Assembly: GCA_018303185.1 (NCBI GenBank)
Contig: JAGVYR010000030.1
Coordinates: 1 to 54,562, forward strand
Length of the DNA: 54,562 nt
From: Candidatus Woesearchaeota archaeon
GTDB lineage: Archaea > Nanobdellota > Nanobdellia > Woesearchaeales > GW2011-AR4
Reading direction: 5' to 3'
The position numbers and the translations under genes were made by a program. The notes beneath the pieces are model-generated. The model did no database searches and was not told the origin of the DNA. It saw only the letters and a program-made list of their open reading frames with translations. Below are positions 9,023 to 18,038 of this stretch, in pieces. Numbering within the stretch: the first letter of the stretch is position 1; each line of letters opens with the position of its first letter.

Positions 9023-10144
9023 ATGGCAGAAGACATTGAACGGGAATATAATGCAGTAAAGGGCAATGCAGCCCTGTTCGACTTCTCAATGGAAGGCAAG
9101 CTCATTATCAGGGGGGGCAGGAGGATTGATTTTCTTAATGGCATAGTTTCCAATGATGTGAAAAATCTAGGGATAGATGAAGGGGTTTATGCGGCATTTC
9201 CGGATAAGTTCGGCAGGGTTTTGTCAGACTGCCATATCCATAATTTTGGCGATTTTCTATTTGTTAATGTCCCCTTCATTGCGAAAAACAGAATATTGGA
9301 AAAACTGGGGGAAGAAGGGAAGCTGATGAAATGCGATGCCGAGGATGCTACGATGAAGTATGCCCTGCTGTCCATACAGGGGCCCAAGGCTTTGGCATTG
9401 CTTGAGGAAATTTTCAATGAAGAAATAATATTGGAGGAATTGCAATCAGCTGAAAAAACGCTGATGATAAAAAACAATGGGGAAAAAGCGGCAGAAAAAG
9501 AGCAAAAAGCAAATCACAGCAATGAAGAAAAGGACAACGGAGAAACAATAAACAAGGAAAACAATGAAAAAACAAACAATAAGGGAAATAAAGAAACAGC
9601 CAATGAAATAAAAAACATCAAAATAACGATAATCAAAAGAAAAAGAAGCGGCCTTGAAGGGTTTGACCTGCTTTTTGAAGGCAAGCATTACAAAGAAATC
9701 CTTGGAATAATCCTTGAAAAAGGAAAACAATTTGGAATGATAAAATCAAGCAATGAAGTCCATGAAATCCTGAGGCTTGAGGCAGGCATTCCGTTATTCG
9801 GAGTGGATTTTGATGAAAAGACAGTGCTGCCTGAAATTGGCGAGAAGGCGATAAGCTACACCAAAGGCTGCTATACCGGGCAGGAAGTGATTGCGAGGCT
9901 GAAAAACATCGGAAAGGGAAACACGGCAAAGAAGCTTGTAAGGCTGGAAATAGGCTGCAATGAAAAGCTAAGCAAAGGAACAGAGATAAAAAAAGATGAT
10001 AAAAAAATCGGCTACATCACGAGCAGCGCCTATTCCCCTTCTCTGGAGAAAGCTGTTGCGCTGGGGTTTTTGGAAAGAGGTTTTTATGATACCACCGGAG
10101 ATATTAGGGTTAATGAAATAACAGGAAGATTACATTCAACTTAG
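9023..10144 (+). CDS. GcvT/YgfZ-like folate-binding protein with a low-complexity insertion
   Basis: The N-terminus reads AALFDFSMEGKLIIRGGRRIDFLNGIVSNDV. The C-terminus reads SYTKGCYTGQEVIARLKN (the KGCY.GQE motif). A K/N/E-rich insert lies in the middle. Confidence 0.7.
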   Translation: MAEDIEREYNAVKGNAALFDFSMEGKLIIRGGRRIDFLNGIVSNDVKNLGIDEGVYAAFPDKFGRVLSDCHIHNFGDFLFVNVPFIAKNRILEKLGEEGKLMKCDAEDATMKYALLSIQGPKALALLEEIFNEEIILEELQSAEKTLMIKNNGEKAAEKEQKANHSNEEKDNGETINKENNEKTNNKGNKETANEIKNIKITIIKRKRSGLEGFDLLFEGKHYKEILGIILEKGKQFGMIKSSNEVHEILRLEAGIPLFGVDFDEKTVLPEIGEKAISYTKGCYTGQEVIARLKNIGKGNTAKKLVRLEIGCNEKLSKGTEIKKDDKKIGYITSSAYSPSLEKAVALGFLERGFYDTTGDIRVNEITGRLHST

Positions 10145-10217
10145 TAATGCCATTTTTTACAATGATTTTATAACACGCTAGGATTTTAAATCAAGTAACA
10201 ATCCATTTTGATTAAGG

Positions 10218-10754
10218 TTAAAGGGCTTTTTTTGGTTTTGATGTTGCAATAGATCCGACAGACTTCTGTGTTTTCATAGCATGCTTTAGCCTCCATTTTG
10301 AACTCAATCCTTTGTCTGCTTCAGCGTGGTGGTTTGGACACAATAGGATTAAGTTAGTAATGCGGTTATTTGAAGGATTTCCATCAATATGGTGAATGTG
10401 TAATCCACGATGAGCGCAAAGCTGGCATTTATCAGCAGCCCTATCATAAACTTTATTTTTTATATTTTCTGGAATAGGAACTCTCTCTTTTTTTGAACTA
10501 TCTGATTTAGCGGCATCAGAAATAAATGCCCAAATCGCATCTACTATAAACAAAAATATATTTTTCTCAGATTCTCGCAATCTTTCATTATTGAAAGACA
10601 TATAAACTAAATATGCTAACCCGGCAATGAACAAAACTAAGAGGGTTATCAACCAGTAGGGATGTTTTTGATAAAACTGGTTGCCAAAGTAGAAGATTAA
10701 AACGAGGAAAATTATGATTCCAAGACCTAAACTCGCTTTGTCTTTTTGCCTCAT
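10218..10754 (-). CDS. membrane-anchored HNH endonuclease
   Basis: Two or three N-terminal TM segments are followed by CQLCAHRG..HIHHIDGNPSNNRITNLILLCPNHH (HNH). The ATG at 10754 has an AAGGAG about 10 nt upstream. The ORF track's GTG at 10763 lies too close to that SD. Confidence 0.7.
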   Translation of the reverse strand: MRQKDKASLGLGIIIFLVLIFYFGNQFYQKHPYWLITLLVLFIAGLAYLVYMSFNNERLRESEKNIFLFIVDAIWAFISDAAKSDSSKKERVPIPENIKNKVYDRAADKCQLCAHRGLHIHHIDGNPSNNRITNLILLCPNHHAEADKGLSSKWRLKHAMKTQKSVGSIATSKPKKAL

Positions 10755-10946
10755 TTTATACACTCCTTCTGGTGAAGGATTTATATAATTTACTATTCAG
10801 ATAATCACATTGGAGTAATGGTAAATAAACAATCGACACTCGTTAAATAACCATAAACTATATAAATAACATATAGCATTACTCTATAATGCAACGGGGG
10901 ATAAATAGCACAGAGTTAATTCTTGTTTTTGCAGGGGTGAGCATCC

Positions 10947-12659
10947 TTGACTAAGTTTATTGTAGTGGCAGGCGGCGTAATGTCCGGCGTTGGCAAGGGA
11001 GTGACTTCCGCCTCAATAGCAAGGACATTACAAGAGCATGGCTACAAAGTCACTGCGGTAAAGATAGACCCTTACATAAATTATGATGCGGGCACATTGA
11101 GGCCGACAGAGCATGGCGAAGTGTGGGTAACTGATGATGGGGGCGAGATTGACCAAGATTTAGGGACTTATGAAAGATTCCTTAATTTAGACATCCCGAA
11201 GAAGAACAATCTTACAACAGGCCAGGTCTACAAGACAGTGATTGACAAGGAAAGAGCAGGAAAATTCTTAGGGGAAACAGTGCAGTTCATACCGCATATT
11301 CCTGATGAGATAAAGAGGAGAATAAAAGAAGCCTCGAAGAACTATGACATTGCGGTTGTAGAAGTCGGCGGCACAATAGGCGATTATGAAAACATCCCGT
11401 ACCTTTTCGCGATGAAGGGCATAGAGAGGGAGATGGGAGAGCATAATGTGGCATATGTGCTTGTTACTTACCTTCCAATACCGGGGCACATAGAAGAGAT
11501 GAAGACAAAGCCCACACAGCAGGCGATAAGGCTTCTTGGCGAGACAGGAATATTCCCTGATTTCATAATATGCAGGGCGAAAAGGGCATTGGATGCAGTG
11601 AGAAAAAAGAAGATTGAGATTTATGCAAACATTCCTTCTGACCATGTCATATCGGAGCCGGACATTGACACTGTTTACCAGATTCCTCTGGATTTGGAGA
11701 GGGAAAAGCTTGGCGAAAAGATACTGAAGCACCTTGACTTAAAGCCAAAGAAGCAGCCTGAATGGAAGAACTGGGCATCGCTCGTGGAGAAGATAAGGTC
11801 GCCAAAGAAGACTGTCAAGGTTGCCATGGTCGGGAAGTACATTGACATAGGCGACTATAATTTAGCGGACAGCTATGTGAGCATAAACGAAGCACTGATA
11901 CACGCAGGCGCATCCTTAAACGTGGGAGTGGACATAAACTGGCTTGACTCAAAGAACTTCGAGGGAAAGAAAGATTTAAGCATGCTGAAGGAGTATGACG
12001 GCATAATTGTTCCGGGAGGGTTTGGAAGCAGCGGGGTTGAGGGCAAGATAAACGCGGTTAAATTTGCAAGAGAGAATAATATTCCGTATCTGGGGCTGTG
12101 CTACGGGATGCAGCTTGCAGTCATTGAATTCGCAAGGAACGTGTGCGGCATGAAGGATGCGAACACAACCGAGAATGCAAAAGAATGCACCCCGGTCATT
12201 GACATTATCGAATCCCAGAAAGAGCTTATGGAGAAAGAGCAATATGGGGGCACAATGAGGCTCGGGGCATATGCTGCAATCCTGAAAGACGGGAGCCAGG
12301 TGCACAAGCTTTATTCAGAGTTAGGAAGGGAGAAGGAAGACGGGCAGAGGATTGAAGAGCTCAGGAAGGAAAAAAACCAGAAATTCAGGCTTGGAATTCT
12401 GGACGGGGCAAAGCACGTTGTCCTGGAGAGGCACAGGCACCGCTTTGAGGTAAATCCCGCTTTTATTGCTGAGATTGAGAAAAACGGCCTTGTATTCTCA
12501 GGTCATCATGAAATGGAAAATGGAACGAGGCTGATGGAATACATTGAGCTGCCAAAACATGCATTTTTTATGGGAACGCAGGCGCATCCAGAATTCAAGT
12601 CAAGATTGGGAAATCCATCGCCTTTATTTTATGGGTTTGTGAAGGCGTGCGGGAAATAA
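10947..12659 (+). CDS. pyrG: CTP synthase
   Basis: The N-terminus reads TKFIVVAGGVMSGVGKG. The GATase domain contains GLCYGMQ and the HRHRFEVN motif. It has a TTG start with GGGGTGA about 8 nt upstream. Confidence 0.95.
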   Translation: MTKFIVVAGGVMSGVGKGVTSASIARTLQEHGYKVTAVKIDPYINYDAGTLRPTEHGEVWVTDDGGEIDQDLGTYERFLNLDIPKKNNLTTGQVYKTVIDKERAGKFLGETVQFIPHIPDEIKRRIKEASKNYDIAVVEVGGTIGDYENIPYLFAMKGIEREMGEHNVAYVLVTYLPIPGHIEEMKTKPTQQAIRLLGETGIFPDFIICRAKRALDAVRKKKIEIYANIPSDHVISEPDIDTVYQIPLDLEREKLGEKILKHLDLKPKKQPEWKNWASLVEKIRSPKKTVKVAMVGKYIDIGDYNLADSYVSINEALIHAGASLNVGVDINWLDSKNFEGKKDLSMLKEYDGIIVPGGFGSSGVEGKINAVKFARENNIPYLGLCYGMQLAVIEFARNVCGMKDANTTENAKECTPVIDIIESQKELMEKEQYGGTMRLGAYAAILKDGSQVHKLYSELGREKEDGQRIEELRKEKNQKFRLGILDGAKHVVLERHRHRFEVNPAFIAEIEKNGLVFSGHHEMENGTRLMEYIELPKHAFFMGTQAHPEFKSRLGNPSPLFYGFVKACGK

Positions 12660-12695
12660 TTAAATAGGCGTATTTCTTTTTATTGGCTATATGCA

Positions 12696-13000
12696 GCTAT
12701 TGCGTTCAAAATGAAGGTTGCCATCTGCTTGTGAGCACCAGTTCAAAGCTCATTCAGCCTGACGGGGGAAGTCCCTCATGAAAATCATAGATTTTCAGGA
12801 GTCCCGGAAAGCTAGTCAGAAAGTCTGTTGCTTTCCGATACTTACGGGGTGGCAGGCTTTTGAAAAACTCATCAAGTGCGAACGATGGCAACCGATAGCG
12901 GGTGAAAGCTGCTAACCCGAGATTTGCCTGCGAGAACGCTCGCCTTTGCTGCAAGTTCGAGCAGGCTCGCGTTCAGGTGAAGCGAGATTTCGGACAAAGC
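12696..13000 (-). mobile_element. composite or degenerate copy of the structured MITE-like element (copy A)
   Basis: The right end, GCTTTGTCCGAAATCTCGCTTC when read as the reverse complement, matches the termini of copies B and I. The left end, GTTCAAAATGAAGGTTGCCATC, matches copy G. A long-range stem pairs GGTTGCCATC (12716-12725) with GATGGCAACC (12884-12893). The flanking repeat is imperfect (CTATATGCA versus ATACATGCA). Confidence 0.5.
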
Positions 13001-13033
13001 ATACATGCAATTCAAAGATTTAAGTGATGCATC

Positions 13034-13465
13034 ATGATTGTCAATATAGGCATTGAAAAATTACTCCTTCAGTTACTGAGCATAGCAGGCTTTCTTATAT
13101 CCCTGTATTTTGCATTCGTTTACCATGGGCTTGCAAGGGCCTCTGAGAAACTGATTCCGGCAAATGTCTGCTCAGCTAAAACATGCCATTCAGTGCTTGA
13201 GACAAAGTTTGCCAAAGCCTTTAAGATTCCTAATTTCTATCTCGGGCTTGTTTATTATTATATTGTGTTTGTCTCAACCTTTTATAACCCTGAAGGAATG
13301 ATATTATGGGGATTCCTCATTGTGAGCTGGCTTGCTGTGCTGTTTTCAGCATATCTTTTTTATGCACTTGTGTTTAAGCTGAAGACAAGGTGCAACCTGT
13401 GTTTTGCGGCGCAGATGATAAATTTGGGTATTGGAATGATGTTGGTACTGGGGTTTTATGGCTAA
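13034..13465 (+). CDS. VKOR-family (vitamin K epoxide reductase-like) membrane protein
   Basis: It has 4 TM segments. Loop cysteines occur in CSAKTCHSVLETKFAKAFKIPNFYLG, and a CNLC (CxxC) motif lies in the last TM region. Confidence 0.7.
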   Translation: MIVNIGIEKLLLQLLSIAGFLISLYFAFVYHGLARASEKLIPANVCSAKTCHSVLETKFAKAFKIPNFYLGLVYYYIVFVSTFYNPEGMILWGFLIVSWLAVLFSAYLFYALVFKLKTRCNLCFAAQMINLGIGMMLVLGFYG

Positions 13466-13475
13466 AAGAAAACAT

Positions 13476-13871
13476 TCACAAGCATCTTAAATCTTGAGGA
13501 CTATGTTTTAGTGCGCTTTCGATACGATGGTCTATGTAAGTCTGCATTCCTTCAATCAAAACAGTTGACATGGCAGGGATTGCCCATTCTGTACCTCCAT
13601 TGGCACCTAAATAAGCGTAAATCAACCATTCTGCCGCATGTGTGAACCCAGCTGCATAATTCTTAACCAAATCATGAACGTGCATAGGGGTACCTATACG
13701 CATAGGTTCTGAATATCTCCATGTAACTCGTGGGGCATGTGCGCTTGCAGTCCCTTTGAAAAATCCGGCAACGACATCAGAAACAAAGTTAGCCAAATTC
13801 CTTTCAGCTCGTTTCGCCATCCAGGCAGAATCTCGAAATGAAGATGAATTTGGTGCATCCATATTTACCAT
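13476..13871 (-). CDS. hypothetical protein
   Basis: A 131-aa soluble ORF with no recognised motif. It is divergent from the small P-loop gene. Confidence 0.45.
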   Translation of the reverse strand: MVNMDAPNSSSFRDSAWMAKRAERNLANFVSDVVAGFFKGTASAHAPRVTWRYSEPMRIGTPMHVHDLVKNYAAGFTHAAEWLIYAYLGANGGTEWAIPAMSTVLIEGMQTYIDHRIESALKHSPQDLRCL

Positions 13872-14002
13872 TCTGTGGAAACAAATATCTATATATAAAT
13901 ATTTCTAACTTAGGCATTGGTAAGATAAAGAGTGTTAAATTCGGCTGTTAAGAATAGGCTGATTTGAGAAAATTTATTAAAAATAGGATTTCTTCCATAG
14001 TT

Positions 14003-14401
14003 ATGAAGAAAATAATCGTTTTAAAAGGAGAAGCAGGTTCTGGCAAATCCACAGCTTTAACCAAGTTAGTAAAAGATGTGTTTGAGATTGAGTTATATCT
14101 CCCAAAAATAAGAAAGGACTTGGTAATTTCTTTTAAATACAAAAATAAGACTATCGCCATAATTACTGTAGGTGATGATGTTCCAAAAATAAAAAGACAT
14201 TTCAATAGGATTAAGGATAAATTTGATGTTCTAATCTGTGCCTGTAGGGAGAATGGGGCAACTTTTAATTTTTATAATGCGTTTAACCGCATTGCGGGCT
14301 ATGATGTAGGGTTTATTGGTAAAAAGACAAATACTGATGAGGATAGGGAAAGAGTAATATCAAAAATAAAAGAAATAATCTTTAAACAATTTAGTGAGTA
14401 A
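14003..14401 (+). CDS. small stand-alone P-loop NTPase
   Basis: The Walker A motif reads GEAGSGKST, and a possible Walker B reads FDVLICA. It is only about 132 aa. The ATG lies about 25 nt after an AT-rich TATA-like stretch, which suggests a leaderless transcript. Confidence 0.6.
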   Translation: MKKIIVLKGEAGSGKSTALTKLVKDVFEIELYLPKIRKDLVISFKYKNKTIAIITVGDDVPKIKRHFNRIKDKFDVLICACRENGATFNFYNAFNRIAGYDVGFIGKKTNTDEDRERVISKIKEIIFKQFSE

Positions 14402-14599
14402 AGGTTTATTTAAGGCTTTTCTCAAAAGTGCCTTCCATTCAGCCCCCTTATCAAGCCTCGCCCTCTGCACTGGGCTCACTTAACAGCCGAAGGATAATTG
14501 CTCTATCTTAAAAATAAAATAATATTATCGCTTCTAAAATAATTTTTAACAAAAGCCTTATAAATGACGCTTTTACCCTCACCTGAAGGAGTGGTTTTG

Positions 14600-15541
14600 A
14601 TGGAGAACGTGGGGCAGCAGCCCGCAAAGAAGGGATTTTTGGATTCATTAAGGGATTTCTATGACAAGAAATACAAGGTACTCCTCATAATACCATTCGT
14701 AATGTTCATTACCGCATTGGCGCTGATTGGCATGAAGATAGCGCAGACAGGAGACTTCATGAACAAGGATGTCAGCCTCAAGGGAGGAGTTACAATAACA
14801 ATACCTACAGATGCGCAAATAGAGCCTTTGTCCCTTGAAAATGCGCTGAAGGGCAGCTTTCCGGGGAATGACATAACAGTAAGGGCGCTTTCACAGTTTG
14901 GGACGCAGATTGGGGTGATTGTACAGGCGGATGTAGCTCAAGGCGAGGTAAGCGGCCTTCTTGACAGCATAAGGCAGGCAACAAAACTCAAATTGAAAGC
15001 GAATGACTATACTGCAGAAGTAATAGGCAGCACATTGGGGCAGTCTTTCTTTAGGGAGGCTTTCAAGGCGCTTATTTTTGCATTTATCGCAATGGCAATT
15101 GTTGTCTTCATATATTTCAGGACATTCGTGCCCAGCATGGCAGTCGTTTTGGCAGCTTTTTCCGACATTGTTGTAACGCTGGCTGTTGTAAATTTAATGG
15201 GCATGAGAATAGGCACTGCAGGGATAGCAGCATTTTTAATGCTTATCGGCTACAGTGTTGATACAGACATTCTTCTTTCAACACGCGTCCTGAAGAGAAA
15301 AGAAGGCAGCGTGATGGACAGGGTTTTGAGTTCGGTCACAACCGGAATGACGATGACCATGACCTCAATTGTCGCGGTAACGGTAGCATTGCTTTTCGCG
15401 CAGTCTGATACCATAAGGCAGATAATGACAATCCTGCTTATAGGGCTGATTGCTGACATAATCAACACATGGATTCAGAACGTTGGCATATTAAGGCTTT
15501 ATTTGGAGAGAAAGCAGGCAAAGGCAGAGCAGCTAAAATGA
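14600..15541 (+). CDS. secF: protein-export membrane protein SecF
   Basis: It shows the SecD/F C-terminal 6-TM pattern (GYSVDTDILLSTRVLKRK). The ATG at 14600 follows AAGGAG. Its stop overlaps the secD ATG as ATGA. Confidence 0.85.
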   Translation: MENVGQQPAKKGFLDSLRDFYDKKYKVLLIIPFVMFITALALIGMKIAQTGDFMNKDVSLKGGVTITIPTDAQIEPLSLENALKGSFPGNDITVRALSQFGTQIGVIVQADVAQGEVSGLLDSIRQATKLKLKANDYTAEVIGSTLGQSFFREAFKALIFAFIAMAIVVFIYFRTFVPSMAVVLAAFSDIVVTLAVVNLMGMRIGTAGIAAFLMLIGYSVDTDILLSTRVLKRKEGSVMDRVLSSVTTGMTMTMTSIVAVTVALLFAQSDTIRQIMTILLIGLIADIINTWIQNVGILRLYLERKQAKAEQLK

Positions 15542-17268
15542 ACTACAAGATAAAGAAAATCTTTACAAGCGTAAGGGGGATAATACTCCTTGTTGCATTA
15601 TTGCTTTCTGTGGTTGCAATAAGCCCAATGCCTTTCAATGACGGGGTTGCGATAAGGAATGTCATAACAAACAGCTCGGCATCCATTGCAGGCATACCGC
15701 AGCCCTCGCCGACAGAAAGGCCTGTCAGCAGGGAGAGGATAACTGCAGTCAATAATGCCCCTATAGAAAGCGTGGAAGAGTACTACAATGCTGTCCAAAA
15801 TCTGCGGATAAACCAAAGCATACAGATAAAGACCAATGAAAGGCTTTACAGGCTTACTGTAAAAGAAGCTTTTGAAACAATCCAGCTCAATGAGACAGAA
15901 TTGCGTTCAGTGGAAGAAGTAATCACAGTCAATAGGACAATAAACGGAACTTTAACAGAGGTAAATGAAACAACTTCCAAAGTTGTGCGGGTTCCAAAGA
16001 CAATAAGGGTAAGCAAAGGGCCGCAGGATATCGGACTGAGGGTTTCTGATGCTGCCACCACAAACCTGAGGAAAGGGCTTGACCTTCAGGGCGGAACAAG
16101 AGTCTTGCTGCAGCCGGAAAAGCCACTGAATCCTTTTGACCTTGCAACTCTTATGGACAACATGCAGGAAAGGCTCAATGTATACGGGCTTACTGACCTT
16201 GTCATAAGGGATTCCAAGGACCTTGAAGGCAACCAGTACATTCTTGTAGAAATTGCAGGGGCAAATGAAGATGAGATAAGAAATCTGCTTGAAAAAGAAG
16301 GCAAGTTTGAGGCAAAGATAGGCAACAGCACAGTTTTCACAGGAGGCAAGGACATAACTTTCGTATGCAGAAGCCCCGAGTGCGCAGGCATAGACCCCAA
16401 TATCGGCTGCGGGCAGTCAGGAGGGCAGTGGGCATGCACTTTCAGTTTCTCAATAACTTTGAGCACACAGGCGGCCCAGAGGCAGGCTGACGCGACAAGA
16501 GACCTTGCTATAGTTCCCTCTGAAAACAGCAGGGAAGGCTACTTAAGCCAGCCTCTTGAATTGATACTTGATGACAGGAAAGTAGATGAGCTAAGGATAG
16601 CATCTTCATTAAAGGGAGAGGCGGCAACCAACATCCAGATTTCGGGCTCAGGGATAGGGGCAAGCAATCAGGAAGCCATCTACAATGCCCTTGGGAACAT
16701 GAAAAGGCTCCAGACAGTGCTTGTGACAGGCTCACTGCCTGTAAAAATGAGCATAGTCAAGATAGATTCGATAAGCCCTGTTTTGGGTGTAGGGTTTGTG
16801 AAGAACGCGCTTCTTGTGGGATTTTTGGCATTGCTTGCAGTCCTTATTGTCGTCTATATAAGATACAGGAAGCTATACATAGCGCTTCCGATGTTCGCCA
16901 TCTCCCTGTCTGAGCTGGTCATGCTTCTTGGAGTTGCAGCATTAATAGGGTGGAACCTCGATGTCGCGGCAATCGCCGGAATAATAGTTGCTATAGGAAC
17001 AGGAGTTGACCATCAGATTGTCATTACGGATGAAACGCTTAAAGGGGAAGCTGCAAGGTCATATAACTGGAAAGAGAAGCTGAAAGGGGCTTTCTCAATT
17101 ATCATGGGCTCTTATTTCACCTTGTTTGTTGCTATGGTACCTTTGATATTTGCGGGCGCAGGGCTTCTGAAAGGCTTTGCAATAACCTCTTTGATAGGCG
17201 CAAGCATAGGCGTGTTTATCTCAAGGCCAGTCTATGCGAAAATGATTGAAATCGTCCTGAAGGAATAA
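15538..17268 (+). CDS. secD: protein-export membrane protein SecD
   Basis: The periplasmic head contains GLDLQGGTRVLLQ. The C-terminal TM bundle contains GTGVDHQIVITDE. It is translationally coupled to secF. Confidence 0.85.
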   Translation: MNYKIKKIFTSVRGIILLVALLLSVVAISPMPFNDGVAIRNVITNSSASIAGIPQPSPTERPVSRERITAVNNAPIESVEEYYNAVQNLRINQSIQIKTNERLYRLTVKEAFETIQLNETELRSVEEVITVNRTINGTLTEVNETTSKVVRVPKTIRVSKGPQDIGLRVSDAATTNLRKGLDLQGGTRVLLQPEKPLNPFDLATLMDNMQERLNVYGLTDLVIRDSKDLEGNQYILVEIAGANEDEIRNLLEKEGKFEAKIGNSTVFTGGKDITFVCRSPECAGIDPNIGCGQSGGQWACTFSFSITLSTQAAQRQADATRDLAIVPSENSREGYLSQPLELILDDRKVDELRIASSLKGEAATNIQISGSGIGASNQEAIYNALGNMKRLQTVLVTGSLPVKMSIVKIDSISPVLGVGFVKNALLVGFLALLAVLIVVYIRYRKLYIALPMFAISLSELVMLLGVAALIGWNLDVAAIAGIIVAIGTGVDHQIVITDETLKGEAARSYNWKEKLKGAFSIIMGSYFTLFVAMVPLIFAGAGLLKGFAITSLIGASIGVFISRPVYAKMIEIVLKE

Positions 17269-17269
17269 G

Positions 17270-17650
17270 ATGGCAGCAAAATTCTGGGCAATGGCGACAA
17301 TGTTCTTCATCACTTTTCTTACCTCTACAGCCCAGATTTTGTGGAAGATTGGCAGCGAAAGCCTTGAGTTCAATATTTTTTCAATAATAACCAATTATTA
17401 TCTTATTGTAGGGCTCGCCCTTTATGCAATAGGGGCAGGGATGATGATACTGAGCTTCAGGGGAGGGGATGTTTCCTCCTTATATCCAATAATAGCCACA
17501 AGCTATGTGTGGGTAAGCATAATGTCCATATGGTTTCTTGGGGAAGGAATGGGCTTCTACAAGTGGGCAGGAGTCACAGTGATTGTCATCGGGATAGTGA
17601 TGATAGGCTATGGAAGCAGGGAAAGCAAGGCCATGGCGGGTGCTCTCTGA
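17270..17650 (+). CDS. small 4-TM EamA/SMR-like half-transporter
   Basis: 126 aa with 4 TM segments. It is paired and overlapping (TGATG) with a paralogue, resembling ArnE/ArnF-type pairs. Confidence 0.6.
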   Translation: MAAKFWAMATMFFITFLTSTAQILWKIGSESLEFNIFSIITNYYLIVGLALYAIGAGMMILSFRGGDVSSLYPIIATSYVWVSIMSIWFLGEGMGFYKWAGVTVIVIGIVMIGYGSRESKAMAGAL

Positions 17651-18003
17651 TGGCAACTGAATTATGGGCCATAGCACTGGTTGTTTTAGGCACGATTGTT
17701 GGCTCAGGAGGGCCAATATTATTGAAAAGAGCATCTGAGAAAAAGCTTTCAAGCATTGCTTCTTTGATAAAGAATTATTACCTGATGGGCGGGCTTGCCC
17801 TTTACGCAGCCGGAACAATACTTTTCATCCCCGCTTTGAAGGGCGGAGAGCTTTCTATACTTTATCCTTTTGTCTCCCTTGTATACGTGTGGGTTGCGCT
17901 GCTTTCAGTAAAGTTCCTTGGAGAGAAGATGAACCTTTACAAGTGGCTGGGAATTGCAGCCATAATTGTTGGCGTTACGCTGATTGGGATTGGAAGCGGA
18001 TAG
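17650..18003 (+). CDS. small 4-TM EamA/SMR-like half-transporter (second subunit)
   Basis: It is a paralogue of the preceding ORF (SILYPFVSLVYVWVALLSVKFLGEKMNLYKWLG versus SSLYPIIATSYVWVSIMSIWFLGEGMGFYKWAG). Confidence 0.6.
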   Translation: MATELWAIALVVLGTIVGSGGPILLKRASEKKLSSIASLIKNYYLMGGLALYAAGTILFIPALKGGELSILYPFVSLVYVWVALLSVKFLGEKMNLYKWLGIAAIIVGVTLIGIGSG

Positions 18004-18038
18004 AAACCTTTTTATATATTGTTCCTTAGTTTTTTGCC

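Noticed and set aside
12754-12954. A 66-aa ORF, plus similar ORFs at 22256-22519, 27962-28150, 40442-40738, 41577-41771 and 45317-45535.
   Set aside because: They lie entirely within GC-rich structured repeats, have Arg/Cys/Pro-rich non-protein-like composition, and have no start context.
12700-12995. A possible RNase P or SRP RNA gene. GGGGGAAGTCCC resembles the P4 strand GAGGAAAGUCC, GGGTGAAAG is present, and the block has long-range helices and a GNAR-like hairpin.
   Set aside because: Its ends and several internal strings are shared with repeated elements at 22269-22488, 40933-41097 and 45128-45328. I could not find the 3' P4 strand (ACAGAA.CCGGCUUA-like) or the SRP helix-8 GGAAGCAG motif. 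It still needs an Infernal scan.
14402-14520. A possible additional element fragment (AAGCCTCGCCCT and CTCACTTAAC strings).
   Set aside because: Only short matches to the repeat family are present, with no termini, stems or duplications.
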